From a virus, in the IMG/VR virus record IMGVR_UViG_3300043449_000492, positions 105,070 to 169,069 of that record: a stretch of DNA of 64,000 bases. One strand, 5' to 3'. Under the pieces are notes generated by a model, which did no database searches, had not been told where the DNA came from, and was given only the letters and a program-made list of their open reading frames with translations. Position numbers and translations under genes: made by a program. Positions within the stretch are counted from its first letter, which is position 1, and each line of letters starts with the position of its first letter. This document shows positions 53,818 through 63,549 of this stretch, in pieces.

Positions 53818-54431
53818 CTAAGACAATTATAGAATCATCAATAGGTAAGTTAACCAAGTATGTTGTGGACTCAGGACGCAATATGCAACATCAGTATGAT
53901 AAGCGAAAAGAACTTAGAGACGCAGGCAAGCACAAAGATCCTGAAATGGATAAGACAGACGACAATCTTAGAAAGCGTCAACGTGGTCTAAGTCTAGCTG
54001 CTAACGCAATTCATAGAAAAATAGATAACAAACAAGTAAGAGAAGAGGCCGTTGTCAATAATGTAGGATCAGGCGCTATTGCTGGAGCAGGTATAGGTGC
54101 AATGGGCGAACCAGGTGTTTCTAAGAAAGCACAAAGAAAGCATAACAAAAATCAGTCAACACCTACACCTGTTATTCTAAGTATGTTAAGACGCAAGGCT
54201 CCAAATGGTCTTGCTGAAGAAACATTTGCTGGCGCTACAGTATTTGAAGTATCATCAAAGATATTTCATAACCTCACACATGCCAAGCGTAAAGGTAAAC
54301 ATTGGAGAACATATCTTGATGAAGATGACTCCTATGCAGAGATTAGAGAATGGGCAAGAAAGAACAAAGGCCCGATTGTAGTTAGAAACGAATGCACAGG
54401 CGAAATGAGATACGTCAGATATAGGAGTTAA
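53814..54431 (+). CDS. modular virion-associated protein
   Basis: REEAVVNNVGSGAIAG...EPGV; LAEETFAG. Confidence 0.6.
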   Translation: MTKTIIESSIGKLTKYVVDSGRNMQHQYDKRKELRDAGKHKDPEMDKTDDNLRKRQRGLSLAANAIHRKIDNKQVREEAVVNNVGSGAIAGAGIGAMGEPGVSKKAQRKHNKNQSTPTPVILSMLRRKAPNGLAEETFAGATVFEVSSKIFHNLTHAKRKGKHWRTYLDEDDSYAEIREWARKNKGPIVVRNECTGEMRYVRYRS

Positions 54432-54433
54432 GA

Positions 54434-54949
54434 ATGTCAGAACTATGTAAGAAAATATTTCCACACGAAGATCCAGTTAATCTAAATAAGTTCTTTGGTG
54501 ATCCTCGTGGTAGTAACGGACAAGTAAGTAGAAAGTGGTATGCAGAGAACATCGTTAAGTGGACTCCACCTTATCCTCTATTCTATTCAGATGGTAAGAA
54601 AACACCACTAAGAACTCTCTTGCTTCACAAGAAGGTTATTGCTGTTTACACTTCAGCGTTTGAGGAAGTAAAAGCGAACTTCACACCAGCAGAGATTAAA
54701 GAGAATCATCTTGATATCTGCGCTGGCACATTTAACTATCGTCCAATGAGAGGCGGCTCAAGACTATCAGTTCATTCTTGGGGCATTGCTATTGATATCG
54801 ATCCTGCAAGAAATCCATTCCCTTCTACTTGGAGAGAGGGAATGTTAAATCATGAGTTTGCTGATATATTAGAGAAGCATGGTCTATGGTGGAGAGGTCG
54901 TCCAGGTGATAGGGACCCAATGCACTTTCAATGCGCTTGGAGAAAGTGA
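54434..54949 (+). CDS. M15-family peptidase (endolysin)
   Basis: FNYR.MRG, SVHSWGIAID, DPMHFQ. Confidence 0.88.
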   Translation: MSELCKKIFPHEDPVNLNKFFGDPRGSNGQVSRKWYAENIVKWTPPYPLFYSDGKKTPLRTLLLHKKVIAVYTSAFEEVKANFTPAEIKENHLDICAGTFNYRPMRGGSRLSVHSWGIAIDIDPARNPFPSTWREGMLNHEFADILEKHGLWWRGRPGDRDPMHFQCAWRK

Positions 54950-55245
54950 CCTCCGTATATGATCATGAATGGTGGTATACCAGATACTGGCGTGCCACTA
55001 TTGCTTGGATGTATGTTATCATTTGTATGTTTGATTTCGTTATTGCTCCAATAGCACATGATTGGTTTGGTTGGTATGCAGGTTTGATGAATACAGATCA
55101 TTTTATTGAAGGTTGGAAACCACTAACGCTAGGTGCTGGTGGTCTATTTCATATTTCGATGGGTGCTATTCTTGGCGTTTCATCTTGGTCGAGAGGCAAA
55201 GAGAAGATTAAAGAAATGGAGACATTCAATCCAAATCAGGAATAA
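54946..55245 (+). CDS. holin (GTA 3TM-holin-like)
   Basis: WR..IAW.Y..IC.FDF; FH..MGAILGVSSW.RG.EK. Confidence 0.75.
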   Translation: MTSVYDHEWWYTRYWRATIAWMYVIICMFDFVIAPIAHDWFGWYAGLMNTDHFIEGWKPLTLGAGGLFHISMGAILGVSSWSRGKEKIKEMETFNPNQE

Positions 55246-55262
55246 TAGAAAGAAGGATATAA

Positions 55263-55706
55263 ATGAACGCATACCATCATAGGGAAGATCGTGATGGTGA
55301 CGATGAAAGAGAAGATAATATTGAAAATTGGGATGGAGAAGAAAGAAGACATACAGTAGATAGAAGATCACAATGGGATTTTACTCCGCAAACAGTATCT
55401 ACTATTTTAGGTGTATTGTCCATTATCGGTGCAAGCGTTTGGGGTTTCAGTAATGTAAGAGTTACATTAGAAACCTTAAATCAAAGAATGAATATAATGG
55501 CTGAAAGAATGAATGATAGTGATAAGAGACTTACCGAAATTGATCTACATGGTTCTAGACCTCTTGCAACTACACAAGCAACTATAAAAAACTTACAAGA
55601 TGAGATTGATGATCTTAAACAGACTACAAAAGAACTGACTTCATCATTCATACAGCATAACGATATGACAGTGGATCTTTATAAAAGATCAATACATAAA
55701 AAGTAG
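55263..55706 (+). CDS. TM + coiled-coil protein
   Basis: single TM followed by heptads. Confidence 0.7.
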   Translation: MNAYHHREDRDGDDEREDNIENWDGEERRHTVDRRSQWDFTPQTVSTILGVLSIIGASVWGFSNVRVTLETLNQRMNIMAERMNDSDKRLTEIDLHGSRPLATTQATIKNLQDEIDDLKQTTKELTSSFIQHNDMTVDLYKRSIHKK

Positions 55707-55718
55707 AGGAAGAAAGGA

Positions 55719-56060
55719 ATGGAACTATCAATGGTTAGACAAACCAACGACGACGAAAATGAAGTTGGTACAGTAATAGATAAGGTGCCACATCTAATCA
55801 CGGCACTAATTGCTATAGGCGGCCTCATTGCCGCTTACTTTATGACCATTGGCGATTTTAGAATGAAAGATATGGAATTAAGTCAAAGAGTAACTTACCT
55901 TGAACAAAAGGTAAGTCACATTGAACAGACTACAGAGGCAATCAAGTCTAAACTCGATTCCAGAATTCCTGTAGTGGATGAAGATCGTCAAAACCTCAGA
56001 CGGGAAATTGACAATCTTAAGGACATTCTCACTCAGATTAAACCATACCTTAAAAAATAA
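55719..56060 (+). CDS. TM + coiled-coil protein
   Basis: single TM followed by heptads. Confidence 0.7.
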   Translation: MELSMVRQTNDDENEVGTVIDKVPHLITALIAIGGLIAAYFMTIGDFRMKDMELSQRVTYLEQKVSHIEQTTEAIKSKLDSRIPVVDEDRQNLRREIDNLKDILTQIKPYLKK

Positions 56061-56118
56061 ATCTTGACATTGAAGCAAGAATGGTTTAATATGCTACTTC
56101 ATTATGTTCAGGTGAATC

Positions 56119-57120
56119 ATGTCGGTATACATTGATAAAAAATACATTACTCTCCTCGCTCCTAAACTTTCACAGTTCAAGCAGCGAGGAGAATTCCTTT
56201 GGAACTTCCGTTGTCCAGTCTGCGGAGATTCCCAGAAGGATAAAGTCAAAGCACGTGGTTACATCTATAAGCGCAAGGAACACTTTGGCTTTATGTGTCA
56301 TAACTGTGGAACCACAATGGGTCTGCAAAAGTTTATTAAGGTTATTGATCCCGGACTATACAATGAGTATCAGTTAGAATCGTTTACACAGATAAAGTCT
56401 AATACAAAGATTGATGCTAGTGAGTTTGTCACTAAGCCAGTCTTTAAGCCACAATCAAAGACGCTTGATGCTACACCTATCAAGGATCTAAATTCAAATC
56501 ATCCTGCTAGGAAGTATCTTGAGGATCGCAAGGTTCCTATTGAAGGTCTTTTCTATACCGATGACTTTGCAAAGTTTGTTAAAGACACGTTCCCAAACAA
56601 TGACAAGACACTATATAAAGAAGAACGCATTATCATTCCATTTTATGACAGAGAAGATAATATCCTCGGTGTTCAAGGAAGGGCCATAGGTGCCTCGAAG
56701 ATCAAATACATCACGGTTAAGGCTGATGAAGTATATCCTAAAATATTTGGTTGGAATAGAATTGATCCTCGTCACGTTTTGTATGTGGTTGAGGGGCCCA
56801 TCGATTCTCTTTTTATTGATAATTGTGTGGCTACTATGGATGCAGCACTTTATACTGCTCCTAGCGTCGTAGGACTTGACAGCGACTACGTTTTCGTATA
56901 TGATAATGAACCTCGTAACAAACAAATCGTAAGCAATATGCGGAAGACTATTGCTATGGACTGGAAGATTTGTGTTTGGCCTTCTGATATCAAGGAAAAA
57001 GATATTAACGAAATGGTTCTGGCAGGAATGCATCCAAGTCAAATCCAACACATCATAGATACTAATACATTCTCAGGATTACAAGCGACAATGAAGATGA
57101 ACCAGTGGAGTAGAATATGA
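56119..57120 (+). CDS. 61: DNA primase
   Basis: CPVCGDS..K.RG, CHNCG, VVEGPIDSLF, YDNEPRN, KDINEM. Confidence 0.96.
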   Translation: MSVYIDKKYITLLAPKLSQFKQRGEFLWNFRCPVCGDSQKDKVKARGYIYKRKEHFGFMCHNCGTTMGLQKFIKVIDPGLYNEYQLESFTQIKSNTKIDASEFVTKPVFKPQSKTLDATPIKDLNSNHPARKYLEDRKVPIEGLFYTDDFAKFVKDTFPNNDKTLYKEERIIIPFYDREDNILGVQGRAIGASKIKYITVKADEVYPKIFGWNRIDPRHVLYVVEGPIDSLFIDNCVATMDAALYTAPSVVGLDSDYVFVYDNEPRNKQIVSNMRKTIAMDWKICVWPSDIKEKDINEMVLAGMHPSQIQHIIDTNTFSGLQATMKMNQWSRI

Positions 57121-57326
57121 AACTAGTTAAACTTACTAATTCAGCAGCCGATAGAAAAGGCGATCCCGTTTACATTAACCCTTCTCAGATTATTTCAGTT
57201 TATGAAGATCCTATAGACGGTGGTTCTCTTGCCACTAAAGTTTTTGGTGGAGGATTGACATGGACTGTGGAAGAAGGTCTAACAGAAACAGTAGACCTCA
57301 TTAAGAAAGCATTTAACGATGAATGA
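57117..57326 (+). CDS. FlbD-like small protein
   Basis: VKLT...VYINP.QI..V...VEE. Confidence 0.55.
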   Translation: MKLVKLTNSAADRKGDPVYINPSQIISVYEDPIDGGSLATKVFGGGLTWTVEEGLTETVDLIKKAFNDE

Positions 57327-58119
57327 CGCTAAGATTATTGCTGTAACGCAGCCATTAGTCAAATCACAGAACACTCAAGGTGGATCGTGGATCAAGACAG
57401 GAGAAGTCTCGACTGGTCCTTATATGAATGCCGAAGAATTTCTAGCATACACAGCCAGAGTATCAAACCCAAGCAATCAGAATAACACACTAACAGCACC
57501 TAAGCTCCTCAAGTATCTAATCAAACACAAGCACTGGTCTCCTTTTGAAATGGTTTCTATCACAATGGAAATCAATACAACCCGAGACATTTCACATCAG
57601 ATCATTCGTCACCGTTCATTCTCTTTCCAAGAGTTCTCACAGCGTTATGCTGATCCAACTAAGGACATGCAGTTCGTAACGAGAGAAGCACGATTGCAGG
57701 ATGCCAAGAACCGTCAGAATAGTATTGAGACGGATGATAAAGACTTACAAGATAAGTGGCGAACAAGTCAGAATGAAGTAGCACTTACTGCATTAGAAGA
57801 ATATAAGAGAGCAATTGAACGTGGCATTGCCAAAGAGCAAGCCAGAGCAGTTCTACCAGAAGGTCTAACTTCTACTCGTCTATATATGGCAGGGACGCTT
57901 CGTTCGTGGATTCATTACATTGACGTTCGTGCAGAAGAAGGCACACAGAAGGAACATCGTGAGGTTGCTATTGCTGCCCGTAATGAAATTCTAAAGCACT
58001 TTCCATCTTTGGAAGAGTATTGGTATCCGACTCCTCCAACACCAGAAGAGTTAGAAGCGACATACGGTGTTGAAAAAATTGAACAACTCTGTAAAGAACC
58101 TTGGTGGAGGTTTTGGTGA
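57319..58119 (+). CDS. thyX: FAD-dependent thymidylate synthase
   Basis: HWSPFE, RHRSFSFQEFSQRY, EQAR.VLP, R...TQKEH. Confidence 0.96.
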   Translation: MNDAKIIAVTQPLVKSQNTQGGSWIKTGEVSTGPYMNAEEFLAYTARVSNPSNQNNTLTAPKLLKYLIKHKHWSPFEMVSITMEINTTRDISHQIIRHRSFSFQEFSQRYADPTKDMQFVTREARLQDAKNRQNSIETDDKDLQDKWRTSQNEVALTALEEYKRAIERGIAKEQARAVLPEGLTSTRLYMAGTLRSWIHYIDVRAEEGTQKEHREVAIAARNEILKHFPSLEEYWYPTPPTPEELEATYGVEKIEQLCKEPWWRFW

Positions 58120-58292
58120 TGACTCCTATTATAAAACAATGTATTGATAGATTAGAAGAGGCGTTGGATAACATTGATGATGATGGTAATGTGAAACTGC
58201 GGGCAGAATCGGCAGTTATGATCCAAACTTGGTTAGTTATTTTAGAAAGAGAGAATGAGGTATTACGCCGTGAGCAAGACCTATCTAATTGA
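58119..58292 (+). CDS. hypothetical protein
   Basis: TGATG overlap. Confidence 0.55.
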   Translation: MTPIIKQCIDRLEEALDNIDDDGNVKLRAESAVMIQTWLVILERENEVLRREQDLSN

Positions 58293-58575
58293 GACACGAC
58301 AGACATTCATCATTGGTTATGCCGTTGTTATGGATGACGACATGGACCCAAAGACAATCGCTGGCAAGATTATCGCAGACGAGACTCATGGCGGGGAATA
58401 TCCAAGAGAACTTTATCAGTATGATGCTGGTGAACAATTTGAACAATGTATTCCATTAGCAGATGGACAAGTATCAAGAATTTTTAGAGCAAAGAACGAT
58501 TATCTCTCTATGTTAAGTGACGAAGAGATAATCGAGAAGTTTACTATGGATTTTAGAACGAACAAAGAGGATTAA
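58255..58575 (+). CDS. hypothetical protein
   Basis: ORF in run. Confidence 0.6.
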   Translation: MRYYAVSKTYLIETRQTFIIGYAVVMDDDMDPKTIAGKIIADETHGGEYPRELYQYDAGEQFEQCIPLADGQVSRIFRAKNDYLSMLSDEEIIEKFTMDFRTNKED

Positions 58576-58577
58576 GA

Positions 58578-60470
58578 ATGGATAGTTTATATCAAGAGTT
58601 TATTTACAAGAGCAGATACTCACGTTATCTGCCTGAAAAGAATCGTCGTGAGAATTGGCCAGAGACAATCAATCGTTATCTTGACTTCATGCAAGGTCAC
58701 TTAAAGGAGAAGTATTCATACGATATGCTTCCTGTTCGTGAAAGGCTATTCAATGCTATTCACGATCTAAAGGTCATGCCATCGATGCGGTCACTAATGA
58801 CTGCTGGCAAGGCACTAGAACGTGATCATACATGTGGTTACAATTGTTCATTCCTCCCGATCGATGATCCCAAGGCTTTCGATGAAGCCATGTTCATTCT
58901 TCTCTGTGGCACAGGTGTTGGCTTCTCAGTCGAGCGCCAGTTCATCAATCAGCTACCTGAGATTCCAGAAAAACTATTTGATTCAGAGACTATCATTTCC
59001 GTTCGTGACTCTAAAGAAGGTTGGGCTAAAGCACTTCGTATGATGATCGCTCTACTTTACACTGGAGAGATTCCGAAGTGGGACCTGACGAAAGTAAGAC
59101 CTGCCGGTGCTCCTTTGAAGACATTTGGTGGGCGTTCGTCAGGTCCTGGTCCACTATCTGATCTATTCAAGTTCGTTGTTAAGATTTTTAAGGGCGCAAA
59201 AGGTCGTCGTCTCACTTCTCTAGAATGTCATGACATTCTTTGTAAGATTGGTGAGGTTGTTGTCGTTGGTGGCGTTCGTCGTTCTGCTATGATTAGCTTG
59301 TCTAATCTTTCTGATGACCGTATGCGTCATGCTAAGGCTGGTGCATGGTGGGAAGCAAATCCACAGCGAGCATTGTCTAATAACTCTGCTGTATATAATG
59401 AGAAGCCAGAGATTGGATCATTCATGTCCGAGTGGCTTGCTCTATATGATTCTAAGTCAGGTGAGAGAGGATTATTTAGTCGTGAAGCTTGTCAAAAGAT
59501 CGCTAAGAGAAACGGTAGACGAAATTCAGACCAATTGTTTGGAACAAACCCATGCTCTGAAATCATTCTACGACCATACGGGTTTTGCAATCTCACAGAA
59601 GTTGTCATTAGGGCAACTGACACCGTGGACGATATTCGTGATAAGATTGAAGTGGCAACTATTCTCGGCACTTTTCAATCTACTCTTACGGACTTTCCGT
59701 ATCTAAGAAAGATTTGGGCTAAGAATGCAGAAGAAGAAAGACTCCTAGGTGTATCACTTACAGGCATCTATGATTCCAAGCTATTCAACAATCCAGAAGA
59801 CAAGGGCATCAAAGAACGCCTTGCAGCTCTAAGGGATTATTCTATCGAGGTAAACAATGAACTTGCTAATCAACTTGGGATTAATCCTGCTGCTGCCATT
59901 ACTTGCGTTAAGCCTTCTGGCACAGTTTCCCAACTCTGTGACTCGGCTTCTGGTATTCATCCACGCCACAGTAATTATTATATTCGCCGTGTCCGTGCAG
60001 ATAATAAAGACCCTCTTACACAGTTCATGAAGGACAATGGTGTTCCTTTTGAACCAGACGTTATGAAGCCTGATTCTACAACTGTCTTCTCGTTTCCAAT
60101 GAAGGCACCAAAGGGAGCTATGGTTCGTGACGATACTGACGCCATCAAGCATCTAGAACTTTGGGCAATCTATCAGGAAGCTTGGTGTGAACATAAACCT
60201 TCTGTCACAATCAACGTGAAAGAAGATGAGTGGATGGACGTTGGTGCATGGGTATATCGTCACTTTGATGAAATGTCTGGTGTATCGTTTCTTCCACATG
60301 ACGGCGGCTCATATCGTCAGGCACCATATGAAGAAATCACCGAAGATATGTATAGTGCATTGCTTCCATCGATTCCAAAGCATCTTGATTGGGATTCACT
60401 TGTTGAAATGGATGACAATGTTGAAGGTGTGCAGACTCTGGCCTGTAGTAGCGGCTCATGCGAAATCTAA
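58578..60470 (+). CDS. nrdJ: class II (B12-dependent) ribonucleotide reductase
   Basis: YNC, GTGVGFS, GGVRRSA, TNPCSEI, VKPSGT, C-terminal CSSGSCE. Confidence 0.95.
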   Translation: MDSLYQEFIYKSRYSRYLPEKNRRENWPETINRYLDFMQGHLKEKYSYDMLPVRERLFNAIHDLKVMPSMRSLMTAGKALERDHTCGYNCSFLPIDDPKAFDEAMFILLCGTGVGFSVERQFINQLPEIPEKLFDSETIISVRDSKEGWAKALRMMIALLYTGEIPKWDLTKVRPAGAPLKTFGGRSSGPGPLSDLFKFVVKIFKGAKGRRLTSLECHDILCKIGEVVVVGGVRRSAMISLSNLSDDRMRHAKAGAWWEANPQRALSNNSAVYNEKPEIGSFMSEWLALYDSKSGERGLFSREACQKIAKRNGRRNSDQLFGTNPCSEIILRPYGFCNLTEVVIRATDTVDDIRDKIEVATILGTFQSTLTDFPYLRKIWAKNAEEERLLGVSLTGIYDSKLFNNPEDKGIKERLAALRDYSIEVNNELANQLGINPAAAITCVKPSGTVSQLCDSASGIHPRHSNYYIRRVRADNKDPLTQFMKDNGVPFEPDVMKPDSTTVFSFPMKAPKGAMVRDDTDAIKHLELWAIYQEAWCEHKPSVTINVKEDEWMDVGAWVYRHFDEMSGVSFLPHDGGSYRQAPYEEITEDMYSALLPSIPKHLDWDSLVEMDDNVEGVQTLACSSGSCEI

Positions 60471-60937
60471 TCCTAGTCCTGTGTCTATTGCCTTCATTGG
60501 CATGGGCACAGGATCCCATCACTCCACACCCAGTGCTAACACCTGGGGAAGTTGATCCGAATGCTACTCTTGAAAAGGTATGCACAGTCGGATATACAAA
60601 GACAGTTCGTAACGTATCACAATCAAAGAAAGATCATGTTTACGAACTATATGGCATTCAAAAGGTGCCTAATCAATACGAGATAGATCATCTTATATCC
60701 CTTGAACTTGGCGGCACTAACTCTATGCGTAACCTATGGCCTCAGGCATTCTTTGGCGAGCCATGGAACGCTAGGGTGAAGGACGTCCTAGAACATCAGT
60801 TAAATAGACAAGTATGTGACGGCAAGATTAGTCTGGAGACTGCACAGAAGGCAATTGCTACAGACTGGATCGTCGCCTATTGCACATACTACAATAAAAA
60901 GCCCGCTTCATGTTTTGAGTATATGAAAGGAAAGTGA
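60458..60937 (+). CDS. secreted HNH-like nuclease
   Basis: signal peptide; EIDHLISLELGG.N...NLWP...K..LE. Confidence 0.75.
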   Translation: MRNLILVLCLLPSLAWAQDPITPHPVLTPGEVDPNATLEKVCTVGYTKTVRNVSQSKKDHVYELYGIQKVPNQYEIDHLISLELGGTNSMRNLWPQAFFGEPWNARVKDVLEHQLNRQVCDGKISLETAQKAIATDWIVAYCTYYNKKPASCFEYMKGK

Positions 60938-61362
60938 AAATGAAGAAGCTACTAATGGCACTAATGCTAACAACAACACCAGCAATGGCGACAACCAACA
61001 TCGTCATTGACAAATCGACCCAAACAATGACGGTGGACTCAGATGAAGGACAATACGAATGGCTCGTCTCTACGGCTCGTAAAGGCGTCGACCCAAAAAC
61101 ACATCACCCCTACACTACACCCACAGGATATTTCGTTCCACAAAGTCTTGAACGAATGCACCACTCAAAAAAGTATGACAACGCACCAATGCCGTATTCA
61201 ATCTTTTTCACGGGCGGTTACGCTATTCATGGAACCCCTCATGTTGGTAACCTTGGTCGCCCTGCAAGTCATGGTTGCGTTAGACTTCATCCAGAGAATG
61301 CTCGGACCCTATTCTCCATTGTAAGTCAGGATCGTAGTGGAACCAGAATCACTATTCGGTGA
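60934..61362 (+). CDS. L,D-transpeptidase (YkuD), secreted
   Basis: VSTA, TP.G, YAIHGT, SHGCVRL. Confidence 0.92.
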   Translation: MKMKKLLMALMLTTTPAMATTNIVIDKSTQTMTVDSDEGQYEWLVSTARKGVDPKTHHPYTTPTGYFVPQSLERMHHSKKYDNAPMPYSIFFTGGYAIHGTPHVGNLGRPASHGCVRLHPENARTLFSIVSQDRSGTRITIR

Positions 61363-61696
61363 CTTGGATCACATTCTTTTAGATCAGCTGCACAACGCTA
61401 AACAGAGCAGGAAGATCATTAAGAGAGCAAAGAAACTGCTACCTAATGATCCTCTTGTTCATGTTGGCGAAGAGCTAGTTGAAAAACGTATTCAATTTTT
61501 TGAGAGTATGGTAAGTGACAAATCATTATTACATAAGAGACACAAAAGAAAAAAGAAAAAAGAGCTAGACATATTGGCAAAGAATCCTGTTTGGGACTGG
61601 TATAAAACAGTCTTCATGGCGACAACCTTCGGTTATAAGATGTTTACGGATTCGGTTTCACAGTATATGTCTTATTTCAAGAAAGGTAAACAATGA
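61337..61696 (+). CDS. hypothetical protein
   Basis: ORF in run. Confidence 0.55.
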   Translation: MEPESLFGDLDHILLDQLHNAKQSRKIIKRAKKLLPNDPLVHVGEELVEKRIQFFESMVSDKSLLHKRHKRKKKKELDILAKNPVWDWYKTVFMATTFGYKMFTDSVSQYMSYFKKGKQ

Positions 61697-61908
61697 CGGA
61701 AAGATCAGCTATATTTGGACAGTTCATTGAGCGATTGTCTGAAACCGATATCAATATTCTAGAACGAGAAGAGGTCTATAGTGTTTTATTGGATCTTTTG
61801 GAAGAGTTTGATATTAAAGGTATGGATGGTTATCTAGACATAGATCCTGCATTTGATGAGGTCTATAACGAGAAATATCCTCCTGAGATATCAGACTATG
61901 AAGAATGA
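61693..61908 (+). CDS. hypothetical acidic protein
   Basis: AAGGT SD; DPAFDEV. Confidence 0.65.
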   Translation: MTERSAIFGQFIERLSETDINILEREEVYSVLLDLLEEFDIKGMDGYLDIDPAFDEVYNEKYPPEISDYEE

Positions 61909-62000
61909 TTGATATGCAAGCATTCGCATTTTTCTATCTGCCATTGAGTATCATACTAGCTGTTGCACTCTACACGTTCTTTAGTGGGTTAAACGACTAA
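61905..62000 (+). CDS. 31 aa membrane peptide (not in ORF track)
   Basis: MIDMQAFAFFYLPLSIILAVALYTFFSGLND; ATGA overlap. Confidence 0.45.
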   Translation: MIDMQAFAFFYLPLSIILAVALYTFFSGLND

Positions 62001-62012
62001 CTATATATCCAT

Positions 62013-62417
62013 ATGTGGATATATGAAAACAAACCTTTTGTAGAAGTGCCAGACGGCATCATTGGCTTCGTGTATGAAATTACATGTAAGTCTAATGGCA
62101 AACGCTATCTCGGAAAGAAGAACTTCTTTTTCTCTAAGACCAAACAGGTCAAAGGTAAGAAGAAAAAGTTCAAGATCGATTCCGACTGGCAAACATACTT
62201 TGGTTCAAACAAAGAAATCCAAGAGCATGTAGCACTTTATGGCGAAGACAAGTTTGAACGAAAGATTCTTCGGCTCTGTTCTTCCAAAGGTGAAATGACA
62301 TATTATGAAACCAAACTCATCTTTGAGACTGACGCTATCATATCAGAACAGTATTATAACGATTGGTGCATGTGTCGTGTCCGAAGATCGCATGTGGTGA
62401 AGAAAGGTAAATCATGA
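62013..62417 (+). CDS. GIY-YIG family nuclease
   Basis: GFVY.IT...YLGKK, DW..Y.GS, E..L, YYN. Confidence 0.8.
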   Translation: MWIYENKPFVEVPDGIIGFVYEITCKSNGKRYLGKKNFFFSKTKQVKGKKKKFKIDSDWQTYFGSNKEIQEHVALYGEDKFERKILRLCSSKGEMTYYETKLIFETDAIISEQYYNDWCMCRVRRSHVVKKGKS

Positions 62418-62641
62418 AAATCATCATCTATTCCAAGAATGATTGTCCTTATTGTGACAATGCTCGGGAACTCCTAAAACGGTTAGGAAAGGAATTCATC
62501 GAGTATAAACTGGATAAGGACTTTTCCAGACCTCTTCTAAAGGAAATCTTTCCTGATGCTAAAACTTTTCCTGTAATAACCCTTGACAAAAACTACATTG
62601 GCGGTTATACTGAGTTATCTGAAATAGCGAAAGGCTGGTAA
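62414..62641 (+). CDS. glutaredoxin
   Basis: CPYC, TFP, IGGY. Confidence 0.93.
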   Translation: MKIIIYSKNDCPYCDNARELLKRLGKEFIEYKLDKDFSRPLLKEIFPDAKTFPVITLDKNYIGGYTELSEIAKGW

Positions 62642-62645
62642 GGAA

Positions 62646-62897
62646 ATGTGGAATAAGTATGAATTGAAGGAAACGCTGCGTGATGGTGTCTTTACCGTTG
62701 TCTTTGAAAAGGTCGACGGAACGATTCGGGAAATGCAATGCACACTAAATCCTGCACTTATGCCTCCGCAGCTCTTGACAGAGCAACAAGAATCTGCTAA
62801 GATTAGAAATGAAAACGATGACGTCCTTGCCGTTTGGGATATCGATTCCAAGGGCTGGCGTTCATTTCATGTAAGTAAGGTGAGAGAGGTACTTTAA
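62646..62897 (+). CDS. SH3/WYL_2-like conserved phage protein
   Basis: V.FEKVDGT.REM.CTL, VWD....WRSF. Confidence 0.8.
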   Translation: MWNKYELKETLRDGVFTVVFEKVDGTIREMQCTLNPALMPPQLLTEQQESAKIRNENDDVLAVWDIDSKGWRSFHVSKVREVL

Positions 62898-62998
62898 TGG
62901 CATGGCCACATAAGAATAGACCCCGAAAGGGTAGACGTAAAATTGGATCTACTAAACGCAAGGCTCGTCGTCTTAAGGGTAGAAAGAGGAAGGGCTAA
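62897..62998 (+). CDS. 33 aa highly basic peptide (not in ORF track)
   Basis: GAGG SD, TAATG overlaps at both ends. Confidence 0.65.
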   Translation: MAWPHKNRPRKGRRKIGSTKRKARRLKGRKRKG

Positions 62999-63252
62999 TG
63001 ATCGAGTTACCTAAGGGGATTACAAATATGAAGAACCTAGAGAATATGAGGGTCATTAATGTGACCACTTCGTCTGACTCCATTAACTTTATGGACGGTC
63101 TAGCGTTGCTTCTAATCGGTCTTAAGCTTACTGAACATTTAGAGAGTTGGACCTGGGTAGAAGTTCTAGCTCCGCTTTGGGGTCCGATCATGGTCTCTTG
63201 GTTCATCGAGTTGGTTAAGAGAACCTTTTTCACTCATGACGAGGAAGAGTAA
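62998..63252 (+). CDS. membrane protein
   Basis: LLLIGLKLT..L..WTWVEVLAPLW. Confidence 0.7.
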   Translation: MIELPKGITNMKNLENMRVINVTTSSDSINFMDGLALLLIGLKLTEHLESWTWVEVLAPLWGPIMVSWFIELVKRTFFTHDEEE

Positions 63253-63545
63253 TGTCTGCTGATAACGGTGTCTACGTTTTGCTAACTGAGACCGAGAAAG
63301 GCCCTGAGTATCGTGTGGCCTATGCTAATGCTATCGATAACATCTACGGTAAATATAATAACGATCTAGGTCGTTATGAAGGTGATGTTAAGTGTATCAA
63401 GTCCACTTTTGCAGAAGCTCCCATCTTTCATTCGCTAAATGAAGCACTGGATCATGCCGAAGAACTTGAAAATGATTATGAGTATCTAGAAGATGGAGTT
63501 TGTGTTATCACAGACTTCAAGGACTTAAGTCATATTTTCGAGTAA
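63252..63545 (+). CDS. hypothetical protein
   Basis: MSADNGVYVL..T...EYRV. Confidence 0.7.
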   Translation: MSADNGVYVLLTETEKGPEYRVAYANAIDNIYGKYNNDLGRYEGDVKCIKSTFAEAPIFHSLNEALDHAEELENDYEYLEDGVCVITDFKDLSHIFE

Positions 63546-63549
63546 ACAA

